DNA of 64,000 nucleotides, from the NCBI RefSeq assembly GCF_009914755.1, contig NC_060948.1, one strand, 5' to 3'. A program made the translations under genes and the position numbers. Positions 1 through 13,700 of this stretch are shown here, in pieces. Below the pieces are notes generated by a model. That model worked only from the letters and a program-made list of their open reading frames with translations, was not told the DNA's origin and did no database searches. Source of the DNA: the human T2T-CHM13v2.0 reference genome, Homo sapiens. How positions within the stretch are numbered: position 1 is the stretch's first letter; each line of letters starts with the position of its first letter.

Positions 1-2048
1 GGAAGGGAAAGGAATGGAATCTATTGGAATGGACTGTAATGGAATGGAATGGAAGGGATTGGAATGGACTCGAATGGAATGGACTGCAATAGAAAGGATT
101 CGAATGGAATGAAAAAGAGTTGAATGGAATAGAACAGAATGGAATCAAATCGAATGAAATGGAATGGAATAGAAAGGAATGGAATGAAATGGAATGGAAA
201 GGATTCGAATGGAATGCAATCGAATGGAATGGAATCGAACGGAATGGAATAAAATGGAAGAAAACTGGCAAGAAATGGAATCGAAATGAATGGAGTGTTA
301 TGGAACGGACTCAAAAGGAATTGAATGTAATAGAATGGAGTGGAGTGGACTCGAATATAATGGACTGGAATGGAATGAAATCACATGGAATGGGAACGAA
401 TGGAATGGAATGGAAAGGAATGGAATCGAATGGAAAGGAATCGAATGGAAGGGAATGAAATTGAATCAACAGGAATGGAAGGGAATAGAATAGACGGTAA
501 TGGAATGGACTCGAATAGAATGGACACGAATGCTCAAATTGAATGGACTCGAATGGAATGGAAACGAAAGGAATGTCATCGAATGGAATTGAATCGATTG
601 GAATGAAATCGCATAGAATGGAGTGGAATCAAATGGAATTGAATCGAAAGGAAAGGAAGCGAATGGACTGAAATGAAATGGAATGGAATTGAATGGAAAG
701 TAATGCAATGGAATAGAATGGAACGAAATTTCACGGAATGGAATCAAACTGAATGGAATCAAATCAATGGAATCCAATCAAATGGAATGGAGTAGATTGG
801 ATTGGATGGGATTGGAATGAAATATACTGGAAAGGACTCGAATCTCATGAAACGGAATGTAATGAATTGGAACGGAATGGACTCGAATGGAATGGAATGT
901 CATAGAATGGCATCAAATGGAATGGCATCAAATGGAATGGAATCGAATGCAATGGAATGCTATGGAATGGAATGGAATGCATTGGAATGGAATGTCCTCT
1001 AATGGAATGGATTCGAGTGGAATGGAATCGAATATAATGGAGTCGAATGAAATGGAATTGAAAGGAATGGGATCGAATACAATGGAATATACTGGAATGT
1101 AATGTAATGAACTCGAATGTAATTGACTGGAATGGAATGTACATGAATGGAATGTAATCGAATGGAAAGTAATCCAATGGAATAGAATCTAATGCAATAA
1201 AATCGACTCAGATAGAGTAGAATGTAATGGAATGGAGTGCAGTGCAATGGAATGGAATGGAATGGAATGCAATGGAATGGAATGGAATGGAATGGAATGG
1301 AATGGAATGGGATGGAATGGTATGGAATGGATAGTAATGGACTGGAGTGAAATGGACTGGAAAGGAATGGACTCAAATTGAAAGGGCTGGAAAGGAATGG
1401 AGTCAAATGGAATGGTCTGGAATGGAATGAACACGAAAGTAATGCAATCCAATAGAATGGAATCGAATAGCATGGAATATAATGAAATGGAATCGAAGAG
1501 AATGGAAACAAATGGAATGGAATTGAATGGAATGGAATTGAATGGAATGGGAACGAATGGAGTGAAATTGTATGCAGTAGAAGGGAATAGAATGGAATGC
1601 AAGCGAAAGGAAAGGAATGGATTGGAATGGAATGGAATTCATTGGAATGGAAGGGAATGTAGTGTAATGGACAGGCCTGGAATAAAGTGGAATGCTACGG
1701 TCTCGAATGGAATAAAAATGTATGGAATGGAATGCAATGAAACGGAATCGAATGTCATAGAATGTAATGGAATGCAAAAAAATGGAATCCAAAATCATTG
1801 ACTGGAAAGGCTGGGTGTCGAAAGGAATTGACTCCAATGGAATGGAATCGAATGGAATGGAAGTGAATAGAATCGAACTAAATCGAATGGAATGGAATTG
1901 ATAGGAACGGAATGGAAAGGAATGCAATGATTTGGCACGGAATGGAATCGAATGGCATCGAATGGAATGGAATGGAATGCAATGGAATGGAACGTATTAG
2001 AATGTAATGAACTTTAATGGAATGTACTCGAATGGAATCGACTGGAAT

Positions 2049-2063
2049 GGAATGTTCTGGAAG
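2049..2063. promoter_or_regulatory. Perfect 3-unit heat-shock element motif HSE-1 (gGAAtgTTCtgGAAg), present in 17 of 18 units
   Basis: Exact match to the nGAAnnTTCnnGAAn consensus. Motif only; binding is not shown by the sequence. Confidence 0.55.
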
Positions 2064-2328
2064 TGAATGGACTCCAATGGAATGGATTCAAAAGGAATGG
2101 AATCGTACGGAATGGAATCTAATGGAATGGAATTAAATGGAAATGAATCAAATTGAATAGCATGGAATTGAATTGAATGGAATCGAATGCAATGGAATCT
2201 AATGAAACGGAAAGGAAAGGAATGGAATGGAATGGAATGGGTTGGAATGGAAAGGAATCGAAACGAATGGAATGGAATCGAATTGACGAGACTGGAATGG
2301 AATGCACTGGAATGGAAGGGAGTGTTAT

Positions 2329-2343
2329 GGAAGGTTCTCGAAA
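2329..2343. promoter_or_regulatory. Perfect 3-unit heat-shock element motif HSE-2 (gGAAggTTCtcGAAa), present in all 18 units
   Basis: Exact match to the nGAAnnTTCnnGAAn consensus. Motif only. Confidence 0.55.
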
Positions 2344-3354
2344 AAAATGGAATCGAATGGAATGGAATTGAATGGAACGGAATAGAGTCGAATGGAATTG
2401 AATAGAATGGAATGGACTAGAGTGAAATGGAATCGAACCACAAGGAATGGACAGGAATAGAATGGTCTCGAATTGAATGGAATCGTATGGAATGGCATCA
2501 AACGGAATGGAATGGACAGCCACGGAATGGAATGCACTCGAATGCAATGGAGTCGAAACTAATGGACTGGAATAGAATGGACTCGACTGGTACGGACTCC
2601 AATGGAATGGAATCGAATGGAAGGGAATCGAACGGAATGGACTCGAAGGGAAAAGACTGCAATGGAAAGGTCTCGAATGGAATGGAAATTAATGGAATGG
2701 AATGGAATCGAATGAAATGGAGTCAAAAGGAATGGAATCGAATGGCAAGAAATCGAATGTAATGGAATCGCAAGGAATTGATGTGAACGGAACGGAATGG
2801 AATGGAATCCAAAGGAATGGAATAGAATGGAATGGAATCGAATGGAAAGGACTCGAATGGAAATCACTCGAATAGAATGCAATTTAATAAAATAGGATCA
2901 AATGTAATGGAATGGAATGGAAAGGAATCGAAACGAAAGGAATGGAGACAGATGGAATGGAATGGAACAGAGAGCAATGGTATAGAATGGAATGGAATCA
3001 TCTGGAATGGAATTGAATGGAATGGAATAATATGAAATGGAATGGAATGGAATGGAATGGAATGCCCTTGAATTAAATGGACTGGAATGGAATGGACTCG
3101 AACAGAGTGGAATGGAAAGTGTTGAGATAGAATGGAATGGACTCCTTTGGAATGGTCTAGTATGCAATGCAACCGACTGGCAGGGAATCAAAAGGAATGT
3201 AATGGAATGGATTGGACAGGAATGCAATGGACTCGAATAGATTGGAAACGGAATGCAAAGGAATGGAATGGAATAGTATGGAATGGAATGGAAAGGAATG
3301 GAGTGGAATAGACTAGAGTGGAATGGAATGGACTGGAAAGCAATAGACTGGAAT

Positions 3355-3369
3355 GGAACTTTCTTGAAT
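3355..3369. promoter_or_regulatory. Perfect 3-unit heat-shock element motif HSE-3 (gGAActTTCttGAAt), present in all 18 units
   Basis: Exact match to the nGAAnnTTCnnGAAn consensus. Motif only. Confidence 0.55.
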
Positions 3370-3663
3370 GGACTGGAATCAAACGGAATGGAATGCAATG
3401 CAATCAAATGGCATGGAATAAAATAGAATGAAAGAGAATCAAATGGAATTGAATCGAATGGAATCGAATGGATTGGAAAGGAATAGAATGGAATGGAATG
3501 GAATTGACTCAAATGGAATGGACTAGAATGGAATGGATTCGAATGGAAGGCAAAGGAATGGAATCTATTGGAATGGACTGTAATGGAATGGAATGGAAGG
3601 GATTGGAATGGACTCGAATGGAATGGACTGCAATAGAAAGGATTCGAATGGAATGAAAAAGAA

Positions 3664-6600
3664 TTGAATGGAATAGAACAGAATGGAATCAAATCGAATG
3701 AAATGGAGTGGAATAGAAAAGAATGGAATGAAATGGAATGGAAAGGATTCGAATGGAATGCAATCGAATGGAATGGAATCGAACGGAATGGAATAAAATG
3801 GAAGAAAACTGGCAAGAAATGGAATCGAAATGAATGGAGTGTTATGGAACGGACTCAAAAGGAATTGAATGTAATAGAATGGAGTGGAGTGGACTCGAAT
3901 ATAATGGACTGGAATGGAATGAAATCACATGGAATGGGAACGAATGGAATGGAATGGAAAGGAATGGAATCGAATGGAAAGGAATCGAATGGAAGGGAAT
4001 GAAATTGAATCAACAGGAATGGAAGGGAATAGAATAGACGGTAATGGAATGGACTCGAATAGAATGGACACGAATGCTCAAATTGAATGGACTCGAATGG
4101 AATGGAAACGAAAGGAATGTCATCGAATGGAATTGAATCGATTGGAATGAAATCGCATAGAATGGAGTGGAATCAAATGGAATTGAATCGAAAGGAAAGG
4201 AAGCGAATGGACTGAAATGAAATGGAATGGAATTGAATGGAAAGTAATGCAATGGAATAGAATGGAACGAAATTTCACGGAATGGAATCAAACTGAATGG
4301 AATCAAATCAATGGAATCAAATCAAATGGAATGGAAAGGAATTGAATGGAGTAGATTGGATTGGATGGGATTGGAATGAAATGTACTGGAAAGGACTCGA
4401 ATTTCATGAAACGGAATGGAATGAATTGGAACGGAATGGACTCGAATGGAATGGAATGTCATGGAATGGCATCAAATGGAATGGCATCAAATGGAATGGA
4501 ATCGAATGCAATGGAATGCTATGGAATGGAATGGAATGCATTGGAATGGAATGTCCTCTAATGGAATGGATTCGAGTGGAATGGAATCGAATATAATGGA
4601 GTCGAATGAAATGGAATTGAAAAGAATGGGATCGAATACAATGGAATATACTGGAATGTAATGTAATGAACTCGAATGTAATTGACTGGAATGGAATGTA
4701 CATGAATGGAATGTAATCGAATGGAAAGTAATCCAATGGAATAGAAACTAATGCAATAAAATCGACTCAAATAGAGTAGAATGTAATGGAATGGAGTGCA
4801 GTGCAATGGAATGGAATGGAATGGAATGCAATGGAATGGAATGGAATGTTATGGAATGGAATGGAATGGATTGGAATGGGATGGAATGGTATGGAATGGA
4901 TAGTAATGGACTGGAGTGAAATGGACTGGAAAGGAATGGACTCAAATTGAAAGGGCTCGAAAGGAATGGAGTCAAATGGAATAGTCTGGAATGGAATGAA
5001 CACGAATGTAATGCAATCCAATAGAATGTAATCGAATGGCATGGAATATAAAGAAATGGAATCGAAGAGAATGGAAACAAATGGAATGGAATTGAATGGA
5101 ATGGAATTGAATGGAATGGGAACGAATGGAGTGAAATTGTATGCAGTAGAAGAGAATAGAATGGAATGCAAGCGAAAGGAAAGGAATGGATTGGAATGGA
5201 ATGGAATTTATTGGAATGGAAGGGAATGTAGTGTAATGGACAGGCCTGGAATAAAGTGGAATGCTACGGTCTCGAATGGAATAAAAATGTATGGAATGGA
5301 ATGCAATGAAAGGGAATCGAATGTCATAGAATGTAATGGAATGCAACAAAATGGAATCCAAAATCATTGACTGGAAAGGCTGGGTGTCGAAAGGAATTGA
5401 CTCCAATGGAATGGAATCGAATGGAATGGAAGTGAATAGAATCGAACTAAATCGAATGGAATGGAATTGATAGGAACGGAATGGAGAGGAATGCAATGAT
5501 TTGGCACGGAATGGAATCGAATGGCATCGAATGGAATGGAATGGAAGGCAATGGAATGGAACGTGTTAGAATGTAATGAACTTTAATGGAATGTACTCGA
5601 ATGGAATCGACTGGAATGGAATGTTCTGGAAGTGAATGGACTCCAATGGAATGGATTCAAAAGGAATGGAATCGTACGGAATGGAATCTAATGGAATGGA
5701 ATTAAATGGAAATGAATCAAATTGAATAGCATGGAATTGAATTGAATGGAATCGAATGCAATGGAATCTAATGAAACGGAAAGGAAAGGAATGGAATGGA
5801 ATGGAATGGGTTGGAATGGAAAGGAATCGAAACGAATGGAATGGAATCGAATTGACGAGACTGGAATGGAATGCACTGGAATGGAAGGGAGTGTTATGGA
5901 AGGTTCTCGAAAAAAATGGAATCGAATGGAATGGAATTGAATGGAACGGAATAGAATCGAATGGAATTGAATAGAATGGAATGGACTAGAGTGAAATGGA
6001 ATCGAACCACAAGGAATGGACAGGAATAGAATGGTCTCGAATTGAATGGAATCGTATGGAATGGCATCAAACGGAATGGAATGGACAGCCACGGAATGGA
6101 ATGCACTCGAATGCAATGGAGTCGAAACTAATGGACTGGAATAGAATGGACTCGACTGGTACGGACTCCAATGGAATGGAATCGAATGGAAGGGAATCGA
6201 ACGGAATGGACTCGAAGGGAAAAGACTGCAATGGAAAGGTCTCGAATGGAATGGAAATTAATGGAATGGAATGGAATCGAATGAAATGGAGTCAAAAGGA
6301 ATGGAATCGAATGGCAAGAAATCGAATGTAATGGAATCGCAAGGAATTGATGTGAACGGAACGGAATGGAATGGAATCCAAAGGAATGGAATAGAATGGA
6401 ATGGAATCGAATGGAAAGGACTCGAATGGAAATCACTCGAATAGAATGCAATTTAATAAAATAGGATCAAATGTAATGGAATGGAATGGAAAGGAATCGA
6501 AACGAAAGGAATGGAGACAGATGGAATGGAATGGAACAGAGAGCAATGGTATAGAATGGAATGGAATCATCTGGAATGGAATTGAATGGAATGGAATAAT

Positions 6601-7217
6601 ATGAAATGGAATGGAATGGAATGGAATGGAATGCCCTTGAATTAAATGGACTGGAATGGAATGGACTCGAACAGAGTGGAATGGAAAGTGTTGAGATAGA
6701 ATGGAATGGACTCCTTTGGAATGGTCTAGTATGCAATGCAATCGACTGGCAGGGAATCAAAAGGAATGTAATGGAATGGATTGGACAGGAATGCAATGGA
6801 CTCGAATAGATTGGAAACGGAATGCAAAGGAATGGAATGGAATAGTATGGAATGGAATGGAAAGGAATGGAGTGGAATAGACTAGAGTGGAATGGAATGG
6901 ACTGGAAAGCAATAGACTGGAATGGAACTTTCTTGAATGGACTGGAATCAAACGGAATGGAATGCAATGCAATCAAATGGCATGGAATAAAATAGAATGA
7001 AAGAGAATCAAATGGAATTGAATCGAATGGAATCGAATGGATTGGAAAGGAATAGAATGGAATGGAATGGAATTGACTCAAATGGAATGGACTAGAATGG
7101 AATGGATTCGAATGGAAGGCAAAGGAATGGAATCTATTGGAATGGACTGTAATGGAATGGAATGGAAGGGATTGGAATGGACTGCAATAGAAAGGATTCG
7201 AATGGAATGAAAAAGAA
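3664..7217 (+). repeat. DYZ1-type unit U2 (3,554 bp), chimeric, EcoRI site lost
   Basis: 15-bp deletion near 7180. GAATTT replaces GAATTC at 5204-5209. Confidence 0.9.
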
Positions 7218-10200
7218 TTGAATGGAATAGAACAGAATGGAATCAAATCGAATGAAATGGAATGGAATAGAAAGGAATGGAATGAAATGGAATGGAAAGG
7301 ATTCGAATGGAATGCAATCGAATGGAATGGAATCGAACGGAATGGAATAAAATGGAAGAAAACTGGCAAGAAATGGAATCGAAATGAATGGAGTGTTATG
7401 GAACGGACTCAAAAGGAATTGAATGTAATAGAATGGAGTGGAGTGGACTCGAATATAATGGACTGGAATGGAATGAAATCACATGGAATGGGAACGAATG
7501 GAATGGAATGGAAAGGAATGGAATCGAATGGAAAGGAATCGAATGGAAGGGAATGAAATTGAATCAACAGGAATGGAAGGGAATAGAATAGACGGTAATG
7601 GAATGGACTCGAATAGAATGGACACGAATGCTCAAATTGAATGGACTCGAATGGAATGGAAACGAAAGGAATGTCATCGAATGGAATTGAATCGATTGGA
7701 ATGAAATCGCATAGAATGGAGTGGAATCAAATGGAATTGAATCGAAAGGAAAGGAAGCGAATGGACTGAAATGAAATGGAATGGAATTGAATGGAAAGTA
7801 ATGCAATGGAATAGAATGGAACGAAATTTCACGGAATGGAATCAAACTGAATGGAATCAAATCAATGGAATCTAATCAAATGGAATGGAAAGGAATTGAA
7901 TGGAGTAGATTGGATTGGATGGGATTGGAATGAAATGTACTGGAAAGGACTCGAATTTCATGAAACGGAATGGAATGAATTGGAACGGAATGGACTCGAA
8001 TGGAATGGAATGTCATGGAATGGCATCAAATGGAATGGCATCAAATGGAATGGAATCGAATGCAATGGAATGCTATGGAATGGAATGGAATGCATTGGAA
8101 TGGAATGTCCTCTAATGGAATGGATTCGAGTGGAATGGCATCGAATATAATGGAGTCGAATGAAATGGAATTGAAAAGAATGGGATCGAATACCATGGAA
8201 TATACTGGAATGTAATGTAATGAACTCGAATGTAATTGACTGGAATGGAATGTACATGAATGGAATGTAATCGAATGGAAAGTAATCCAATGGAATAGAA
8301 TCTAATGCAATAAAATCGACTCAAATAGAGTAGAATGTAATGGAATGGAGTGCAGTGCAATGGAATGGAATGGAATGGAATGCAATGGAATGGAATGGAA
8401 TGGAATGGAATGGAATGGAATGGAATGGAATGGGATGGAATGGTGTGGAATGGATAGTAATGGACTGGAGTGAAATGGACTGGAAAGGAATGGACTCAAA
8501 TTGAAAGGGCTCGAAAGGAATGGAGTCAAATGGAACGGTCTGGAATGGAATGAACACGAATGTAAGGCAATCCAATAGAATGGAATCGAATGGCATGGAA
8601 TATAAAGAAATGGAATCGAAGAGAATGGAAACAAATGGAATGGAATTGAATGGAATGGAATTGAATGGAATGGGAACGAATGGAGTGAAATTGTATGCAG
8701 TAGAAGAGAATAGAATGGAATGCAAGTGAAAGGAAAGGAATGGATTGGAATGGAATGGAATTCATTGGAATGGAAGGGAATGTAGTGTAATGGACAGGCC
8801 TGGAATAAAGTGGAATGCTACGGTCTCGAATGGAATAAAAATGTATGGAATGGAATGCAATGAAACGGAATCGAATGTCATAGAATGTAATGGAATGCAA
8901 CAAAATGGAATCCAAAATCATTGACTGGAAAGGCTGGGTGTCGAAAGGAATTGACTCCAATGGAATGGAATCGAATGGAATGGAAGTGAATAGAATCGAA
9001 CTAAATCGAATGGAATGGAATTGATAGGAACGGAATGGAGAGGAATGCAATGATTTGGCATGGAATGCAATCGAATGGCATCGAATGGAATGGAATGGAA
9101 TGCAATGGAATGGAATGTATTAGAATGTAATGAACTTTAATGGAATGTACTCGAATGGATTCGACTGGAATGGAATGTTCTGGAAGTGAATGGACTCCAA
9201 TGGAATGGATTCCAAAGGAATGGAATCGTACGGAATGGAATCTAATGGAATGGAATTAAATGGAAATGAATCAAATTGAATAGCACGGAATTGAATTGAA
9301 TGGAATGGAATGCAATGGAATCTAATGAAACGGAAAGGAAAGGAATGGAATGGAATGGAATGGGCTGGAATGGAAAGGAATCGAAACGAATGGAATGGAA
9401 TCGAACTGAAGAGACTGGAATGGAATGCACTGGAATGGAAGGGAGTGTAATGGAAGGTTCTCGAAAAAAATGGAATCGAATGGAATGGAATTGAATGGAA
9501 CGGAATAGAGTCGAATGGAATTGAATGGAATGGAATGGACTAGAGTGAAATGGAATCGAACCACAAGGAATGGACAGGAATAGAATGGTCTCGAATTGAA
9601 TGGAATCGTATGGAATGGCATCAAACGGAATGGAATGGACAGCCACGGAATGGAATGCACTCGAATGCAATGGAGTCGAAACTAATGGACTGGAATAGAA
9701 TGGACTCGACTGGTACGGACTCCAATGGAATGGAATCGAATGGAAGGGAATCGAACGGAATGGACTCGAAGGGAAAAGACTGCAATGGAAAGGTCTCGAA
9801 TGGAATGGAAATTAATGGAATGGAATGGAATCGAATGAAATGGAGTCAAAAGGAATGGAATCGAATGGCAAGAAATCGAATGTAATGGAATCGCAAGGAA
9901 TTGATGTGAACGGAACGGAATGGAATGGAATCCAAAGGAATGGAATAGAATGGAATGGAATCGAATGGAAAGGACTCGAATGGAAATCACTCGAATAGAA
10001 TGCAATTTAATAAAATAGGATCAAATGTAATGGAATGGAATGGAAAGGAATCGAAACGAAAGGAATGGAGACAGATGGAATGGAATGGAACAGAGAGCAA
10101 TGGTATAGAATGGAATGGAATCATCTGGAATGGAATTGAATGGAATGGAATAATATGAAATGGAATGGAATGGAATGGAATGGAATGCCCTTGAATTAAA

Positions 10201-10786
10201 TGGACTGTAATGGAATGGACTCGAACAGAGTGGAATGGAAAGTGTTGAGATAGAATGGAATGGACTCGTTTGGAATGGTCTAGTATGCAATGCAATCGAC
10301 TGGCAGGGAATCAAAAGGAATGTAATGGAATGGATTGGACTGGAATGCAATGGACTCGAATAGATTGGAAACGGAATGCAAAGGAATGGAATGGAATAGT
10401 ATGGAATGGAATGGAAAGGAATGGAGTGGAATAGACTAGAGTGGAATGGAATGGACTGGAAAGCAATAGACTGGAATGGAACTTTCTTGAATGGACTGGA
10501 ATCAAACGGAATGGAATGCAATGCAATCAAATGGCATGGAATAAAATAGAATGAAAGAGAATCAAATGGAATTGAATCGAATGGAATCGAATGGATTGGA
10601 AAGGAATAGAATGGAATGGAATGGAATTGACTCAAATGGAATGGACTAGAATGGAATGGATTCGAATGGAAGGCAAAGGAATGGAATCTATTGGAATGGA
10701 CTGTAATGGAATGGAATGGAAGGGATTGGAATGGACTCGAATGGAATGGACTGCAATAGAAAGGATTCGAATGGAATGAAAAAGAA
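7218..10786 (+). repeat. DYZ1-type unit U3 (3,569 bp)
   Basis: Landmark spacing. Uninterrupted (TGGAA)9 at 8386-8430. Confidence 0.9.
8386..8430 (+). repeat. Pure (TGGAA)9 tract, longest allele of the variable tract A
   Basis: Read directly. Homologous tracts in other units are shorter or interrupted. Confidence 0.85.
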
Positions 10787-13700
10787 TTGAATGGAATAGA
10801 ACAGAATGGAATCAAATCGAATGAAATGGAGTGGAATAGAAAGGAATGGAATGAAATGGAATGGAAAGGATTCGAATGGAATGCAATCGAATGGAATGGA
10901 ATCGAACGGAATGGAATAAAATGGAAGAAAACTGGCAAGAAATGGAATCGAAATGAATGGAGTGTTATGGAACGGACTCAAAAGGAATTGAATGTAATAG
11001 AATGGAGTGGAGTGGACTCGAATATAATGGACTGGAATGGAATGAAATCACATGGAATGGGAACGAATGGAATGGAATGGAAAGGAATGGAATCGAATGG
11101 AAAGGAATCGAATGGAAGGGAATGAAATTGAATCAACAGGAATGGAAGGGAATAGAATAGACGGTAATGGAATGGACTCGAATAGAATGGACACGAATGC
11201 TCAAATTGAATGGACTCGAATGGAATGGAAACGAAAGGAATGTCATCGAATGGAATTGAATCGATTGGAATGAAATCGCATAGAATGGAGTGGAATCAAA
11301 TGGAATTGAATCGAAAGGAAAGGAAGCGAATGGACTGAAATGAAATGGAATGGAATTGAATGGAAAGTAATGCAATGGAATAGAATGGAACGAAATTTCA
11401 CGGAATGGAATCAAACTGAATGGAATCAAATCAATGGAATCAAATCAAATGGAATGGAAAGGAATTGAATGGAGTAGATTGGATTGGATGGGATTGGAAT
11501 GAAATGTACTGGAAAGGACTCGAATTTCATGAAACGGAATGGAATGAATTGGAACGGAATGGACTCGAATGGAATGGAATGTCATGGAATGGCATCAAAT
11601 GGAATGGCATCAAATGGAATGGAATCGAATGCAATGGAATGCTATGGAATGGAATGGAATGCATTGGAATGGAATGTCCTCTAATGGAATGGATTCGAGT
11701 GGAATGGAATCGAATATAATGGAGTCGAATGAAATGGAATTGAAAAGAATGGGATCGAATACAATGGAATATACTGGAATGTAATGTAATGAACTCGAAT
11801 GTAATTGACTGGAATGGAATGTACATGAATGGAATGTAATCGAATGGAAAGTAATCCAATGGAATAGAAACTAATGCAATAAAATCGACTCAAATAGAGT
11901 AGAATGTAATGGAATGGAGTGCAGTGCAATGGAATGGAATGGAATGGAATGCAATGGAATGGAATGGAATGTTATGGAATGGAATGGAATGGATTGGAAT
12001 GGGATGGAATGGTATGGAATGGATAGTAATGGACTGGAGTGAAATGGACTGGAAAGGAATGGACTCAAATTGAAAGGGCTCGAAAGGAATGGAGTCAAAT
12101 GGAATAGTCTGGAATGGAATGAACACGAATGTAATGCAATCCAATAGAATGTAATCGAATGGCATGGAATATAAAGAAATGGAATCGAAGAGAATGGAAA
12201 CAAATGGAATGGAATTGAATGGAATGGAATTGAATGGAATGGGAACGAATGGAGTGAAATTGTATGCAGTAGAAGAGAATAGAATGGAATGCAAGCGAAA
12301 GGAAAGGAATGGATTGGAATGGAATGGAATTCATTGGAATGGAAGGGAATGTAGTGTAATGGACAGGCCTGGAATAAAGTGGAATGCTACGGTCTCGAAT
12401 GGAATAAAAATGTATGGAATGGAATGCAATGAAAGGGAATCGAATGTCATAGAATGTAATGGAATGCAACAAAATGGAATCCAAAATCATTGACTGGAAA
12501 GGCTGGGTGTCGAAAGGAATTGACTCCAATGGAATGGAATCGAATGGAATGGAAGTGAATAGAATCGAACTAAATCGAATGGAATGGAATTGATAGGAAC
12601 GGAATGGAGAGGAATGCAATGATTTGGCATGGAATGCAATCGAATGGCATCGAATGGAATGGAATGGAATGCAATGGAATGGAATGTATTAGAATGTAAT
12701 GAACTTTAATGGAATGTACTCGAATGGATTCGACTGGAATGGAATGTTCTGGAAGTGAATGGACTCCAATGGAATGGATTCAAAAGGAATGGAATCGTAC
12801 GGAATGGAATCTAATGGAATGGAATTAAATGGAAATGAATCAAATTGAATAGCACGGAATTGAATTGAATGGAATGGAATGCAATGGAATCTAATGAAAC
12901 GGAAAGGAAAGGAATGGAATGGAATGGAATGGGCTGGAATGGAAAGGAATCGAAACGAATGGAATGGAATCGAACTGAAGAGACTGGAATGGAATGCACT
13001 GGAATGGAAGGGAGTGTAATGGAAGGTTCTCGAAAAAAATGGAATGGAATGGAATGGAATTGAATGGAACGGAATAGAGTCGAATGGAATTGAATGGAAT
13101 GGAATGGACTAGAGTGAAATGGAATCGAACCACAAGGAATGGACAGGAATAGAATGGTCTCGAATTGAATGGAATCGTATGGAATGGCATCAAACGGAAT
13201 GGAATGGACAGCCACGGAATGGAATGCACTCGAATGCAATGGAGTCGAAACTAATGGACTGGAATAGAATGGACTCGACTGGTACGGACTCCAATGGAAT
13301 GGAATCGAATGGAAGGGAATCGAACGGAATAGACTCGAAGGGAAAAGACTGCAATGGAAAGGTCTCGAATGGAATGGAAATTAATGGAATGGAATGGAAT
13401 CGAATGAAATGGAGTCAAAAGGAATGGAATCGAATGGCAAGAAATCGAATGTAATGGAATCGCAAGGAATTGATGTGAACGGAACGGAATGGAATGGAAT
13501 CCAAAGGAATGGAATAGAATGGAATGGAATCGAATGGAAAGGACTCGAATGGAAATCACTCGAATAGAATGCAATTTAATAAAATAGGATCAAATGTAAT
13601 GGAATGGAATGGAAAGGAATCGAAACGAAAGGAATGGAGACAGATGGAATGGAATGGAACAGAGAGCAATGGTATAGAATGGAATGGAATCATCTGGAAT

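Larger units (their letters stand above)
120..3663 (+). repeat. DYZ1-type unit U1 (3,544 bp), divergent subtype
   Basis: 15-bp deletion near 785 and a 10-bp shorter pure tract near 1270-1310. Carries many variants shared only with the 3' half of U2. Confidence 0.9.

Noticed and set aside
790-816. AGATTGGATTGGATGGGATT as a DUX4 or CCAAT-box site
   Set aside because: It mismatches the DUX4 consensus at both ends, and ATTGG is one substitution away from the pentamer.
96-2110. Short palindromes (ATTCGAAT, ATCGAT, CGTACG, TGTACA) as cruciform or recombination sites
   Set aside because: They are only 6-8 bp, expected from TCGA-type pentamer variants, and no long inverted repeat is present.
2880-2896. 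AT-rich patch CAATTTAATAAAATAGG and other AATAAA hexamers as polyadenylation or TATA signals
   Set aside because: AATAAA arises from AATGGA by two substitutions and occurs several times per unit. There is no transcript evidence.
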